Below, in pieces: positions 1 to 9,505 of a stretch of DNA of 64,000 bases. Every line of letters starts with the position of its first letter. Within the stretch, counting starts at the first letter, position 1. This stretch comes from Nitrospinales bacterium (GTDB lineage: Bacteria > Nitrospinota > Nitrospinia > Nitrospinales > VA-1). The stretch covers positions 992,001 through 1,056,000 of the forward strand of contig CBDCWG010000012.1 in NCBI GenBank assembly GCA_965223345.1, in the 5' to 3' direction. Position numbers and translations under genes: made by a program. The notes below the pieces were generated by a model that had not been told where the DNA came from, did no database searches, and worked only from the letters and a program-made list of their open reading frames with translations.

Positions 1-2039
1 GTCAGGGCCAGACCCGAAAATAACGGGAAGAAGGTCTTCAGGGCGAGCTTCAGGCTTTGCAGGTCGATCACCAGGATGAGCAGCACGACCCCCATGGCGA
101 TGCCCAGCGCCTTGGGCCCTTTTTCCTTGACCCAGTCCAGTATTTCGGCGGCGAGGAGGTTTTCGTTGAGGATGGCGGTTTCAATGTCGTTCTTTTTCAG
201 TTGCTCTTTCAACGCGCGGATCTCATTCTCCAGCTTGTAGATATTCCTCACATCGAAAAAATTCTTGTCTGCGGGTGAATACATCAAAAGGATGTACTCG
301 TCCTCGATGGTGAATTTTTTGATCAGATTTTTTGGGATGGCGTTTTCGTCGAACGGTTTGCTGTAGATCAGTTTTTTCAGTTTTTCAAACCGCCGCTTGC
401 CGAGCGACAGCTTGATGATGTCCTGATTTTCCTCGAACACCTCGCGGATGCGATTGAGCACCTCTTTTTTCGATTCGTATTCCTTTTTGCTGAACAGGTT
501 CAACGACAGGTGCAGGCCGATTGTCGAATCCTTCTCGTTTTCGTATTTGATTTTTTCCAGGGCCTGATGGATGTAGAACAGATTTTCCTTTTGCGGCGTC
601 AGGATGACGGTGGGCGAGAAGGCGTAGCCGAAGTCATTGGTGCTTGCGGTTTCGTAATCCGCAGCCGGGGAATGGCCGCGCAATTCCTGAAAATCGTATT
701 CGAACTCAAGGCCGGGAATCAGAAGAACGCTTCCCGCCATCATCACGACGAAAAGCAGGATCAGCGTCCAGGGTGAGGACGTGTAGAGATTCGATATGTT
801 GAGGGTGAACACCCGCGGCCGGGGTTTCCTAAGCCAGTGAACTTTGTCGTAGAACAGCACCTGTGCGGGAAAAATAAAAAAGTAGGTCAGGAACGCGCAT
901 GTGATTCCCATGACCGCGATTTTCCCGAACTCCGAAAACCCCTTGAAATCGGAAAAGATCAGAATCGAAAACACGCTGATGGTGGTCAGCATGGCGATCA
1001 CGCTGGAGCGGCCGACTTGCGTCATCACGGTCTCGACGGAGTCGCGGATCGGGAATCCCTTGAGCAGCTCCTGCTTGAAACGGATGTACAGATGGATGCC
1101 GTAATCCACCCCCAGGCCCATGAGAATGGCGACCAGGAAACCGGAGATGATGTTGACGTGCCCGATGAGGATTTTGGTGAGGGCGAAGGTGTAGGAGAGG
1201 GATAACAGTAACGGGAAGATGATGAGCGGGATGGAAAAGCCCGAACGCGTGTACAGGACGATGAGCAGCGTCGCCAGCGTGGCGGCGAGCAGGGCGGCTT
1301 TTTTCAAATCCCGCACCACGGTCTCGTTTTCTTCCAGCCGCACCATCAAAGACCCCGTGAACTTGATTTTGAGGTCCGGGGCGTAGCGGTAGGGATCGAG
1401 CTCTTCGATTTTCTTGTTGATGTAGAAGACGAAATAGGAGGTGAAATCCGTATCGGTGACGGTGCCCTGAGGCTGGACGAATATGAAGTAGTTCTGTTTT
1501 TTGCGTCCTTTGTGGTACGGATCGATGTCATCGAAAATCTGGTATTTGTCCGCCAGTTTCTTGAGCGCGTCCGGGTTGAAATCTTCCGGGTCGAGGGTGA
1601 AGAAACCGGACAGCTGGCCGCGGGCGTAGTCGATCGCTTCGTCCATGAGGTCTTCGAGTTTCATGAGGTCGCGAAGCGGCGCCATGTACAACTGATGGTT
1701 GTCGATGAATTCTTTGGGAATCTTGGAATCGACGTAACGGACTTCCGGCAGGCTTTCCAGCCCCTCGGTGATCTGGTCGATCACCCGCGGTGCTTTTCTC
1801 GGGTCGAGGTTTTCCAGCACCAGCACCAGGGGGCCCGAGCCGCCGATCTTGCCGACCACGTGATTGAATTCCTGGATGAGCTCCAGCTCCTGCGGCAGCA
1901 GGTTGTCCATGCGCGGGTTGTATTCCAGCTCAGAGGCCGTCTTGATCGAGATCGCGCACAACACCAGGGCGAAGAGGATGAGCGTCCCCGGATAACGGGC
2001 GGTGATGTTGAGGAAACAGCCTCTAAGGAGCGATTTCAC
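1..2039 (-). CDS. MMPL/RND-family lipid transporter (3' end runs off the window)
   Basis: Read manually from GTG at 2039 (VKSLLRGCFLNITARYPGTLILFALVLCAISI...). N-terminal TM, large periplasmic loop, TM bundle with GFLVAILMGLGVDYGIHL, second loop and second TM bundle starting at the window edge. Missing from the ORF track because there is no stop in the window. Confidence 0.85.
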   Translation of the reverse strand, partial: MKSLLRGCFLNITARYPGTLILFALVLCAISIKTASELEYNPRMDNLLPQELELIQEFNHVVGKIGGSGPLVLVLENLDPRKAPRVIDQITEGLESLPEVRYVDSKIPKEFIDNHQLYMAPLRDLMKLEDLMDEAIDYARGQLSGFFTLDPEDFNPDALKKLADKYQIFDDIDPYHKGRKKQNYFIFVQPQGTVTDTDFTSYFVFYINKKIEELDPYRYAPDLKIKFTGSLMVRLEENETVVRDLKKAALLAATLATLLIVLYTRSGFSIPLIIFPLLLSLSYTFALTKILIGHVNIISGFLVAILMGLGVDYGIHLYIRFKQELLKGFPIRDSVETVMTQVGRSSVIAMLTTISVFSILIFSDFKGFSEFGKIAVMGITCAFLTYFFIFPAQVLFYDKVHWLRKPRPRVFTLNISNLYTSSPWTLILLFVVMMAGSVLLIPGLEFEYDFQELRGHSPAADYETASTNDFGYAFSPTVILTPQKENLFYIHQALEKIKYENEKDSTIGLHLSLNLFSKKEYESKKEVLNRIREVFEENQDIIKLSLGKRRFEKLKKLIYSKPFDENAIPKNLIKKFTIEDEYILLMYSPADKNFFDVRNIYKLENEIRALKEQLKKNDIETAILNENLLAAEILDWVKEKGPKALGIAMGVVLLILVIDLQSLKLALKTFFPLFSGLAL

Positions 2040-2889
2040 GGCGGATCACCCTTCTGTGTGCGATGAGAGTCCCGATCATTTGCAGGGCCATCAGCAGGGC
2101 CAGCATGGGGAGGGTCTGCTGCAACAGTCCGGAAACCGCGAGCAGAATGAAGATGAAGAGCACGAGATCGGGACCGTTCCATTTCCACAGCGCCATCAAC
2201 GGTTTGACGTTGCGCCAGTAGGCAGTGCGCTTTTCGGGGGGCAGCGGCTGGCTCGCCTCTGCGGCGGCGGCATCCGCATCGAAGCGTTTGATAGAAACCC
2301 AGCGCCCCTGAAAAATGAACTGCTGCATCTGAAGATAATAAAAATAAACCGCCGACAGGGTGGATCCGGTTTCGCGATGCTTGCGGTACGCGTCGAGGAT
2401 ATCCTTCTTGCTCGCGTCGTGTCCTTCCTGAATCACCGAAGTCATGGTCTGTTTGCAGTAGTCGTAGGAGATGGCCTTCAGAATGGTCAAAACCGTGATG
2501 GCGCCCAGGGAGCCGTAGAACCCCCCAAGCCCCACCATCATACCGATCACCACCGAAAGATACGAGATGTATCCCGCAATTCCGTCGAGAATTCTGCCCC
2601 ATTCGCTGGAGCACCCCTTGGCACGGGCCAGCTGCCCGTCGGCACAGTCGAGCAGGAGGGTGATCTCCAGCAGAATTCCGGCCAACAGTGTGGCTGTGGC
2701 GGTTCCCCGGCTGAAGCAGTAGGCGGAAGCCAGGCCGAACAGAATGGATGCGTAGGTCACCTGGTCCGGGGTCACCGGAGTGTGCTTCAAAAGGGTGACC
2801 AGGCGGGCGGCGATGGGAACGTGCAGGTACTGGTTGAGGGGCTCCACCAGGTCGGTCAAAACATGGCTTTTTTCTTCAGAATGCGTCAC
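2023..2889 (-). CDS. CDP-alcohol phosphatidyltransferase family protein
   Basis: TPDQVT motif and DCADGQLAR-x8-GRILD signature; multiple TM helices; the fourth Asp of the motif is replaced by Gly. Confidence 0.88.
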   Translation of the reverse strand: MTHSEEKSHVLTDLVEPLNQYLHVPIAARLVTLLKHTPVTPDQVTYASILFGLASAYCFSRGTATATLLAGILLEITLLLDCADGQLARAKGCSSEWGRILDGIAGYISYLSVVIGMMVGLGGFYGSLGAITVLTILKAISYDYCKQTMTSVIQEGHDASKKDILDAYRKHRETGSTLSAVYFYYLQMQQFIFQGRWVSIKRFDADAAAAEASQPLPPEKRTAYWRNVKPLMALWKWNGPDLVLFIFILLAVSGLLQQTLPMLALLMALQMIGTLIAHRRVIRREIAP

Positions 2890-2892
2890 AAC

Positions 2893-3897
2893 TCAAAGCC
2901 ATCGATTTTCTTTGTACCAGCCCAGGGTCTGTTCCAAACCCGTTTTGAGATCGTACCTGGGTTCGAACTGATAATGTTTGAAAAACTTTTCCGAGGATGC
3001 GGTCCACGTGCTCTGGCGGATGTCGATCATTTTCTGCCGGTCCAGCAGGGGCGGGCTCGAGTTGAACATGGAATAAAACTCGGTGAAGATGCCGATCAGG
3101 GGCATCCATTTTTCGGAAATGTGGATCGTTCGGGGCTCCACCTGCAAAATACTGGCGGTCTTGCGCGCGACCTCCGCCCAGGGGTATTCGTTGCCGTCGG
3201 TGATGAAAAACGCCGAACCGCTTTCCGCCGGTTTTTCGGCGGCGGTGAGCATGGCGTCGATCAGATCTTCGACATGGATCAAGGAAAGCACCCGTTCTCG
3301 TGTGCCCATTTCGATGTTCCAGCCTCTGGCGATGCTTTTGAAAAACGTGAAAATATTTTTTTCCCGCGGGCCGTACACCACGGGGGGGCGCAAAATGACG
3401 ATGGGCAGCGATTCTGCGTAATGTCTGGCGATGACTTCTCCGGCGAGTTTGGATTTTCCATAGTGGGTCACCGGATGGCATGGGGATTCTTCATGCACCG
3501 GGTGGGCGAGGGAAGACGGACCGACGGCGGCCAGACTGCTCAAATGCACGATGCCCTGGATTTTGTTTGCGTGTTCCTTGCAGCTTTTATACAGGACTTC
3601 ACAGGCCTGCGTGTTGGCGCGAAAATACTCCTCGCGGCCGTTGGCGCGCGTCAATCCGGCGCAGTGAAACACGAATTGAACGTCTTGCAGAAGATCGGCG
3701 GGCAGTGGATCGAGAAGGTCTCCGGTCGAGAGGTGCACGTTCGGCTGTTTGAGACCCTCGACATTGCTGGTTTTGCGGACCAGACAATGCACGGTGCACT
3801 CTCGCGAAAGCAGACGGGCCACCAGATTGTTTCCGATGAAACCGGTGGCGCCTGTGACGAGGACCGTCGAACGGTCAATGGAGGCATTCTCTTTCAT
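2893..3897 (-). CDS. NAD-dependent epimerase/dehydratase (extended SDR), candidate ceramide reductase (CerR-like)
   Basis: TGATGFIG Rossmann motif, SSLAA, YGKSK catalytic motif, RPPVVYGP; position next to spt and GNAT genes. Confidence 0.85.
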   Translation of the reverse strand: MKENASIDRSTVLVTGATGFIGNNLVARLLSRECTVHCLVRKTSNVEGLKQPNVHLSTGDLLDPLPADLLQDVQFVFHCAGLTRANGREEYFRANTQACEVLYKSCKEHANKIQGIVHLSSLAAVGPSSLAHPVHEESPCHPVTHYGKSKLAGEVIARHYAESLPIVILRPPVVYGPREKNIFTFFKSIARGWNIEMGTRERVLSLIHVEDLIDAMLTAAEKPAESGSAFFITDGNEYPWAEVARKTASILQVEPRTIHISEKWMPLIGIFTEFYSMFNSSPPLLDRQKMIDIRQSTWTASSEKFFKHYQFEPRYDLKTGLEQTLGWYKENRWL

Positions 3898-4996
3898 AGA
3901 TACGGTGTCGCTTGTAAACCTTGCCGTTCATGCGATACAGGGGAGCCAGCATGGCCTGGTTGTCTTCCAGGATCCAGGACATCTCCACCAGTTCGGCTCG
4001 GTGTTTTGCCAGCCATTTGTAGGTTTCGTAATAAAAATTCACATCGATGCCCAGGCGCTGACAGTTTTTTTTCACTCCCAGAGTCAGGACGCGGTATGTG
4101 GAAATCTTTTTCTTGTTGAGATGGTATTTCACCAGCCCTGTGGGGAATAGTTTTCCGTTCATCGATTTTGTGGCCTGGTTCATGTTGGGAATGCTCAGCG
4201 AAAATCCCACCGGTTCGTTGTTTTTTTCCGCGATGAAACAAAGATCCGGCAGGACGATCGATTTCATTTCCTCTGCGGCGTAGCCGAACTCTTTGCGCGT
4301 CATGGGAACGAATCCCCAGTTGCGGCTCCAGGCGGAATTGTAGACATCCCAGATGAGGTCGATTTCTTTTTCGAAGGCGTCGATCCTGAGCGGGCGGATG
4401 GTGAAATGGTTTCTTTTTTTTATTCGCACCATGGCCCGTTCCAGATACTCCGGTACCGTATGCGGGTACAGGTACAAAGAAAGCAGGTCCTTGGATTTTT
4501 TCAAACCCCAGTTCGTGAGCAGCTTGGAGTAGTAAGGCGGATTGAAGGGAATGCCGATCATCGAGCATTCCTCGAAGCCCTCGACGAGCAGGCCGCATTC
4601 GTGGTTGGTGGAGAGGTTCATCGGACCCAGGAGTTTGTCGGCTCCCTGGGAGCGGCACCAGTCGAATGCGGTGTCGAGCAGGAGGTCTGCGGTTTTCTGA
4701 TCGTCGATGCATTCGAAAAGGCCGAAAAAACAGACATTTTCGGCATGGAACTCGTTGTGGGTGCGATCCAGGATCAGGGCGATTCTGCCGATGGGTTCGC
4801 GGTCGTTGGAGAATGCGAGGAAAAGATCGACCTGGGCGTGTTCAAAAAAGGGATTGCTGCCGGTGTTGAGGAATTTTTTTCGTTCGAAGAGGAGGGGGGG
4901 GACCCACTGCGGGTAGTTGTGGTAGATCTTCCAGGGCAGCCGGATGAACTTTCTTTTTTCAGACTCGGATTCTACCTTTTTTACCGCAAGCAACAT
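3875..4996 (-). CDS. YghO-like GNAT acyltransferase, candidate bacterial ceramide synthase (bCerS-like)
   Basis: FIRLPWKIY, PQWVPPL, NPFFEHA, FGLFECIDD, GPMNLSTNHECGLLVEGF, NWGFVPMT, EMSWILEDN; start overlaps the spt stop (TAATG). Confidence 0.82.
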   Translation of the reverse strand: MLLAVKKVESESEKRKFIRLPWKIYHNYPQWVPPLLFERKKFLNTGSNPFFEHAQVDLFLAFSNDREPIGRIALILDRTHNEFHAENVCFFGLFECIDDQKTADLLLDTAFDWCRSQGADKLLGPMNLSTNHECGLLVEGFEECSMIGIPFNPPYYSKLLTNWGLKKSKDLLSLYLYPHTVPEYLERAMVRIKKRNHFTIRPLRIDAFEKEIDLIWDVYNSAWSRNWGFVPMTRKEFGYAAEEMKSIVLPDLCFIAEKNNEPVGFSLSIPNMNQATKSMNGKLFPTGLVKYHLNKKKISTYRVLTLGVKKNCQRLGIDVNFYYETYKWLAKHRAELVEMSWILEDNQAMLAPLYRMNGKVYKRHRIYERECLH

Positions 4997-6471
4997 TATT
5001 GAGGGATGATTCCCAGTTTCGTGCCGAATTTGTTGAAGGAAGCCAGAATCTTGTCCAACTCCTCAATCGTGTGCGAAGAGGTGTAGCTCGTCCGGATCAT
5101 CGCGTTGTGCGTGGGAACCACCGGCGACACGGCGACACCTGCAAAGATGCCCTCATCGAACAGCAGCTGATTGAAAAGCAGGGTCAGAGCTTCGTCCCCT
5201 ATTTTTATGGGAACGATGGGAACCGGATTGTTGTTGACCTGGAATCCCATATCAAAAAAACCTTTTTTGATGTAGGAGGTGTTCTCGTGCAGCCGGTTGA
5301 GCCGGAACGTTTCCCGGTTCATGATGTCGAGCGCTTCCGTGACCCCCGCTACCGACGCGGGCGGCAGAGCGGCTGTGAAGATGAAGGCGGAGGCCTTGTG
5401 GCGGATGTATTCGGTCACTTTCTTTTTCGCCGAAACGAAACCGCCGATGGAGCCCAGGCTCTTGGAGAAGGTGCCGACGTAGATGTCGATCTCTTTTTCC
5501 AGGTTGTAGTAGTTGGTGACGCCTTTGCCGTGATCGCCCAGAACGCCGAGGCCGTGTGCTTCGTCCACAAGGATTGTGGCCTTGTAGTCTTTGGCCAGTT
5601 TCACGATTTCCGGCAGGTTGGCGATGTCTCCGCTCATGCTGAACACGCTGTCGGTGATGATGAGTTTTCCCTCGACGTCGGAATACTTTTTCAAATAGTA
5701 CTCGAGGTGGTCCATGTCGTTGTGCCGGTAACGGACGGTTTTGCCCGGAGAGATGGCACAGCCCTCATAGATGCTGGCGTGGTTTTCCCGGTCGGAAAAA
5801 GCCACGTCCTTGCGCCCGAGCAGGCAGGCGATGGTGCCCTGATTGGCCTGAAAGCCGGTGGACATGACGATGGCGTCCTCGCGGTTCAGGAATTTGGAAA
5901 GCTCCTTTTCCAGTTTATTGTGCAGACTGAGGGTGCCGTTCAAAAAGCGGCTGCCGGTGCAACCGGCTCCGAACGTATCCAGGGCTTTTTTGCCCGCGGC
6001 GATGACACGGGGGTCTTTTGTCAGGCCCAGATAGTTGTTGGTGGAGACGGTGATGGTTTTTTTGCCGTCGATCTTGACGCGGGATCCGTTTGTTTCCTGA
6101 ATTTCCCGGAAGAAAGGGTAAATCCCCAGCTCGCGGGCCTGTTCCGGTGCGTTGTAGCTGAAACATTTGGAAAGGATGTTGTTGTCCTTATCCGGCTGAA
6201 CACGCAGATGGGAATTTTCGAAATCGAACTTCTCTTTAAGGAGAGAAATGATTTTATTCCGCTTCAAATGAGGAGGGATCTCCTCCTGGCCCTCGTCTTG
6301 GATTGGAAGATGGAAATATTTCACGATATTCGGGGCTTTCCTTTTTGAAATTTTGGAAATGGGTTGAATACGAAAGTTGGAAAAGCGGGAAGGGAAATCC
6401 TTTCCAACGATTGGCCACGATTCATTGTTTGGATGTTGAAAGGAAATGGCGCTTTGACCCTTCGAATCCAA
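4996..6471 (-). CDS. spt: Serine palmitoyltransferase-like alpha-oxoamine synthase (PLP); start uncertain
   Basis: NNYLGL, GCTGSRFLNGT, NHAS, DSVFSMSGD, DEAH and GTFSKS (PLP lysine). GSRFLNGT and GTFSKS are SPT-like rather than BioF/Kbl-like. Context with bCerS-like and CerR-like genes. Confidence 0.8.
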   Translation of the reverse strand: MDSKGQSAISFQHPNNESWPIVGKDFPSRFSNFRIQPISKISKRKAPNIVKYFHLPIQDEGQEEIPPHLKRNKIISLLKEKFDFENSHLRVQPDKDNNILSKCFSYNAPEQARELGIYPFFREIQETNGSRVKIDGKKTITVSTNNYLGLTKDPRVIAAGKKALDTFGAGCTGSRFLNGTLSLHNKLEKELSKFLNREDAIVMSTGFQANQGTIACLLGRKDVAFSDRENHASIYEGCAISPGKTVRYRHNDMDHLEYYLKKYSDVEGKLIITDSVFSMSGDIANLPEIVKLAKDYKATILVDEAHGLGVLGDHGKGVTNYYNLEKEIDIYVGTFSKSLGSIGGFVSAKKKVTEYIRHKASAFIFTAALPPASVAGVTEALDIMNRETFRLNRLHENTSYIKKGFFDMGFQVNNNPVPIVPIKIGDEALTLLFNQLLFDEGIFAGVAVSPVVPTHNAMIRTSYTSSHTIEELDKILASFNKFGTKLGIIPQ

Positions 6472-6825
6472 ATTGCGGATAGATTACCATTAAATACCTG
6501 TTTCCACAAGACATAGCATTAAAACTATTGTAAGGCATTCAAGGAATAACTGAAAATGTTTATTTCATTAGGGTTATGCAAAAAAACACCGGCCCGGGTG
6601 AAAGTTGTTCGTAGACCGCGCGTTTTTTTTGCAGCTTGTTGCAAAAAAAGAATTTATCCTTTGCAATCGCGTTGTTAGCAGGATCTGTCCTGGTTTTCCG
6701 GCGGGAATTCAAGCATTCGCCTGAAAGGGCGCGCCTGTTTTGCAAAACGGGCGGTCTGGTATCGACCGTTTGCTTGTGAGGACGCCGGGGAGGGCCCGGC
6801 TCGACAAGGGCGCAGCAAAAAAGGA

Positions 6826-7503
6826 TCAGGGCAGTTTGGAGAGAATGGCCGACAGAGAGGGTTCGGCGGTTTTTTCAACCTGCCTGGAAGCGGGTGCGTC
6901 CGTTTTTCTTGTTTTCGTGAACCGGAGCGAGCTGGAATCTTTGGAAACCGTCGATCGCTGTTTTTTCTGCATCGCGTTGAGCAGGCCCGCAATTCGCGCG
7001 GTTTTACGGTGTCCGGAGCCCAGGTTCGATGTGTAGATTTTCAACGCATGCCGGTAGCGGATTTCCGCCTCGTCGAACTTTCCCAGTCTTTCGTACAGCA
7101 GAGCCAGGTTGCTCAGCAGGACCGCGACCGTGGTGTGGTTTTTGCCCAGGGATTTCACGCCGATGTTGAGCGCACGCAGGTAGAGGTGCTCGGCGTCGGC
7201 ATGCTGACCCAGCTTGCGATTGACTTCCGCAAGGTTGTTCAGCACCTGAACCAGACGGGGGTGGGCCGGTCCTAGAGCCTCTTCGGCGAGTTTGAGGGTT
7301 TGCATCGCAAGCGGCTTCGCCTCTTTGTAGCGCCCCCTTTTGTAGAGATCGACCACTTTCCGGTTGAGCGCTTCGTGGGGCTCCGGGGCCGGTTTTTCCC
7401 GTTGCGCAAGAACCGGGGCGGTCCATGCAAGCAGTAAAACCAAAGCCCAGAGGCATGCAAATCGAAACTTCGCGTTGGATCGGTGCGTCGATGAGGGAAG
7501 CAT
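6826..7503 (-). CDS. Exported tetratricopeptide-repeat protein
   Basis: Signal peptide, then kinesin-light-chain-like TPRs (LGPAHP..LNNLA; LGKNH..LSNLA). Confidence 0.85.
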   Translation of the reverse strand: MLPSSTHRSNAKFRFACLWALVLLLAWTAPVLAQREKPAPEPHEALNRKVVDLYKRGRYKEAKPLAMQTLKLAEEALGPAHPRLVQVLNNLAEVNRKLGQHADAEHLYLRALNIGVKSLGKNHTTVAVLLSNLALLYERLGKFDEAEIRYRHALKIYTSNLGSGHRKTARIAGLLNAMQKKQRSTVSKDSSSLRFTKTRKTDAPASRQVEKTAEPSLSAILSKLP

Positions 7504-7529
7504 CCCTTGTTCTCCTTGGCGTTTGCGGA

Positions 7530-7721
7530 TCAGTTGGGGTTTTGAATCAGGTTTTCCAGCACCTGCCTTCTTTCCCTTCGTGCCAACAGATATTTGTCGT
7601 TCAGCACGCCCAGCTTGTTTTTGAGCTGCTGGTTTTCCAGATGCAGTTTGATGGAAGTCTCGATGAGCTGCATGTTGGACTGCATCAACGCCACCAGTTT
7701 CTCTTTGTAAAATTTCTCCAT
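7530..7721 (-). CDS. Small coiled-coil hypothetical protein
   Basis: 63-aa ORF, GAGGAAG RBS, heptad-like Leu pattern. Confidence 0.55.
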   Translation of the reverse strand: MEKFYKEKLVALMQSNMQLIETSIKLHLENQQLKNKLGVLNDKYLLARRERRQVLENLIQNPN

Positions 7722-7773
7722 GGTTCAGGCTTCCTCTCTCGACCGGTTCCTTTGCGGTTGTGTCTTTGCCGTG

Positions 7774-8046
7774 TCAACCGCAGTCGTACTCCGATTGATA
7801 GCGTTCCCGGGTGTGATCGCACAAGGAACGATCGTTGTTGATGAGGCCGCATTGGGTGTCCTCACAAACCTTGTGTCCGGTCACGGTCGGATCGGGGACC
7901 GGACCGGGCTTGGGCTTGGAATGCGTCGCGGGTTCGATCGGGGGAGCGGCGCGCCCCTGCGAACGGACTTCGAGGATCAAGGCGTGAACGGCTTCCGTGA
8001 GTTTGTCCACTGCTTTGCAGAGATTCCTGATCTCGCCTTTAATCAT
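7774..8046 (-). CDS. Hypothetical protein (N-terminal helix, Pro-rich linker, Cys-containing C-terminus)
   Basis: 90-aa ORF with GAAGGG RBS, co-oriented with neighbours. Confidence 0.55.
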   Translation of the reverse strand: MIKGEIRNLCKAVDKLTEAVHALILEVRSQGRAAPPIEPATHSKPKPGPVPDPTVTGHKVCEDTQCGLINNDRSLCDHTRERYQSEYDCG

Positions 8047-8365
8047 CGTGACCCTTCAATCGAGCGTTCCATCCCGTTCGAACTCATCGTGTGTTCCCAG
8101 TTATTGATTGTAAACAGAGGGTTTTAAGAACCGGTTACGCTTGAGTTACAACCCTGTCAAGCCGGGCGGATACCGCTTTTGAGAGGCGTACAGGGGAGCG
8201 GAGTCGCGCTTTGCAGGCACAAGGGACGTGCGGCCCTGCGCGTAAAAATTACGGGTGCTTGTGAGGTGAGAATAAGCCGCGGTTTTTCAGAGATTGCCGG
8301 TTTCAGGCGAAAGATGAGGGACGGATTCGGAAGGTGAAGCGAGGGTTTGAGAAGGAACCGGGGCG

Positions 8366-9043
8366 CTATTCGGTGGCGCCCAGGTCCCTCAGGAACATGA
8401 CGAGGTCGAGATTGTTGGACTCGTGCGCGTAGCCCATGGCGGTAACGCCATCGATGCGTTTGTTCACATCAGCGCCGTTTTTAACGAGCAGAATGATGAT
8501 CTTCATGGCGGTCTGCATGCGATTCCATTGCGCGACGCCTTCCGCGTCGGCGCCCTTTCCGGACACCATCATGAGGGGCGTATACTTGTCGTAGCAGAGT
8601 TTGTTGGGGTCGGCGCCCTGGCTCAGCAAAAACTCCACCCAGTCCACGTCTGCGTCGATGTCTCCCGCCTCTTTCTTGCTGGAAAGAAAATTGGTCAGCA
8701 GGGTGCACAACGGAGTCTTGCCGCCCACATCCTTTGTGTCCTCATGGCTCAGTTGGGGGCCTTCGTGAGCGGCGTTGATGTCCGCGCCCTTTTCCAGAAG
8801 GTAGATCACCATATCCCGGTTTTTCTGCATGACAGCTTGGTTGAGGTAGCTGTCGCCGTTGATATTGGCGCCCTCAAGCAGCAGCTTGTCGAGCTGATCG
8901 GTGTCCTCTTCGGCGATCGCCTGAAACATGACCTTCTCGACCGTGAAAGCGAAAACCGGTGCCGCGAGAAAGGCGATCAACGCCAGTCCCGCCAGGATTT
9001 TCCCTTTGGATTTGAGGGTCGAACTGAATGGGGTCGGGTTCAT
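8366..9043 (-). CDS. Exported ankyrin-repeat protein
   Basis: Start MNPTPF with GGAGA RBS; signal peptide; LLEKGADINA, GKTPL, GADPN, TPLM and GADVN ankyrin motifs. Confidence 0.88.
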   Translation of the reverse strand: MNPTPFSSTLKSKGKILAGLALIAFLAAPVFAFTVEKVMFQAIAEEDTDQLDKLLLEGANINGDSYLNQAVMQKNRDMVIYLLEKGADINAAHEGPQLSHEDTKDVGGKTPLCTLLTNFLSSKKEAGDIDADVDWVEFLLSQGADPNKLCYDKYTPLMMVSGKGADAEGVAQWNRMQTAMKIIILLVKNGADVNKRIDGVTAMGYAHESNNLDLVMFLRDLGATE

Positions 9044-9128
9044 CGGTGCATCTCCATTCCCTGTCACAGGGGGGTTTTTCTGCGGCGGGCCGCCTGGCAT
9101 CGCCTGAGTGTTCGATATTAGATATATG

Positions 9129-9144
9129 AGCAATTTGCTTGCCA
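9129..9144 (-). promoter_or_regulatory. Sigma-54 (-24/-12) promoter for the ankyrin gene
   Basis: Minus strand TGGCAAGCAAATTGCT = GG-N10-GC, 86 bp upstream of the ATG; an AT-rich tract and an imperfect palindrome (9222-9239) lie further upstream. Confidence 0.7.
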
Positions 9145-9505
9145 TTCGACGTGATAATCCGTAAGTATTTAATTTTAAAGGGTTTTTGTTGGGTCTGGCC
9201 CCGGCCGCGCCGAGGGTGTTCTGTGTACAAAAGTGCACATCAAACTCCTTGATTTGTCGCTTCTTATCTTTTCCCGAGCAGCAGGTTGGCTGCAATCTGC
9301 GGAGAATCGCTGCAAAACAGGGATCACAAAGCGGTGAGACGGAGGTGGTTGTTCCCGAAGCCGGGCTGTGGAACAATGAGGCATCCGGAAAAGAAAACGA
9401 TGAAGTCGGGGCGAGGCGCCGCCGCCGTTGCGGCGCGTGCAGGGGGTGCCGTGAGGCTCCTGGAATCATCCCGGCTTCCCAGCGAAGCAGCAAAAGGAGA
9501 AGGTC

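Noticed and set aside
2002..4119. 705-aa plus-strand ORF, and similar long ORFs at 4999-6348, 12810-13922, 18183-19091 and 23837-24997
   Set aside because: Antisense shadows of well-supported genes in GC-rich DNA; no motifs or RBS.
4996..6471. BioF (8-amino-7-oxononanoate synthase) or Kbl assignment
   Set aside because: GSRFLNGT and GTFSKS motifs and the GNAT/SDR neighbours fit Spt; no bio or tdh genes nearby.
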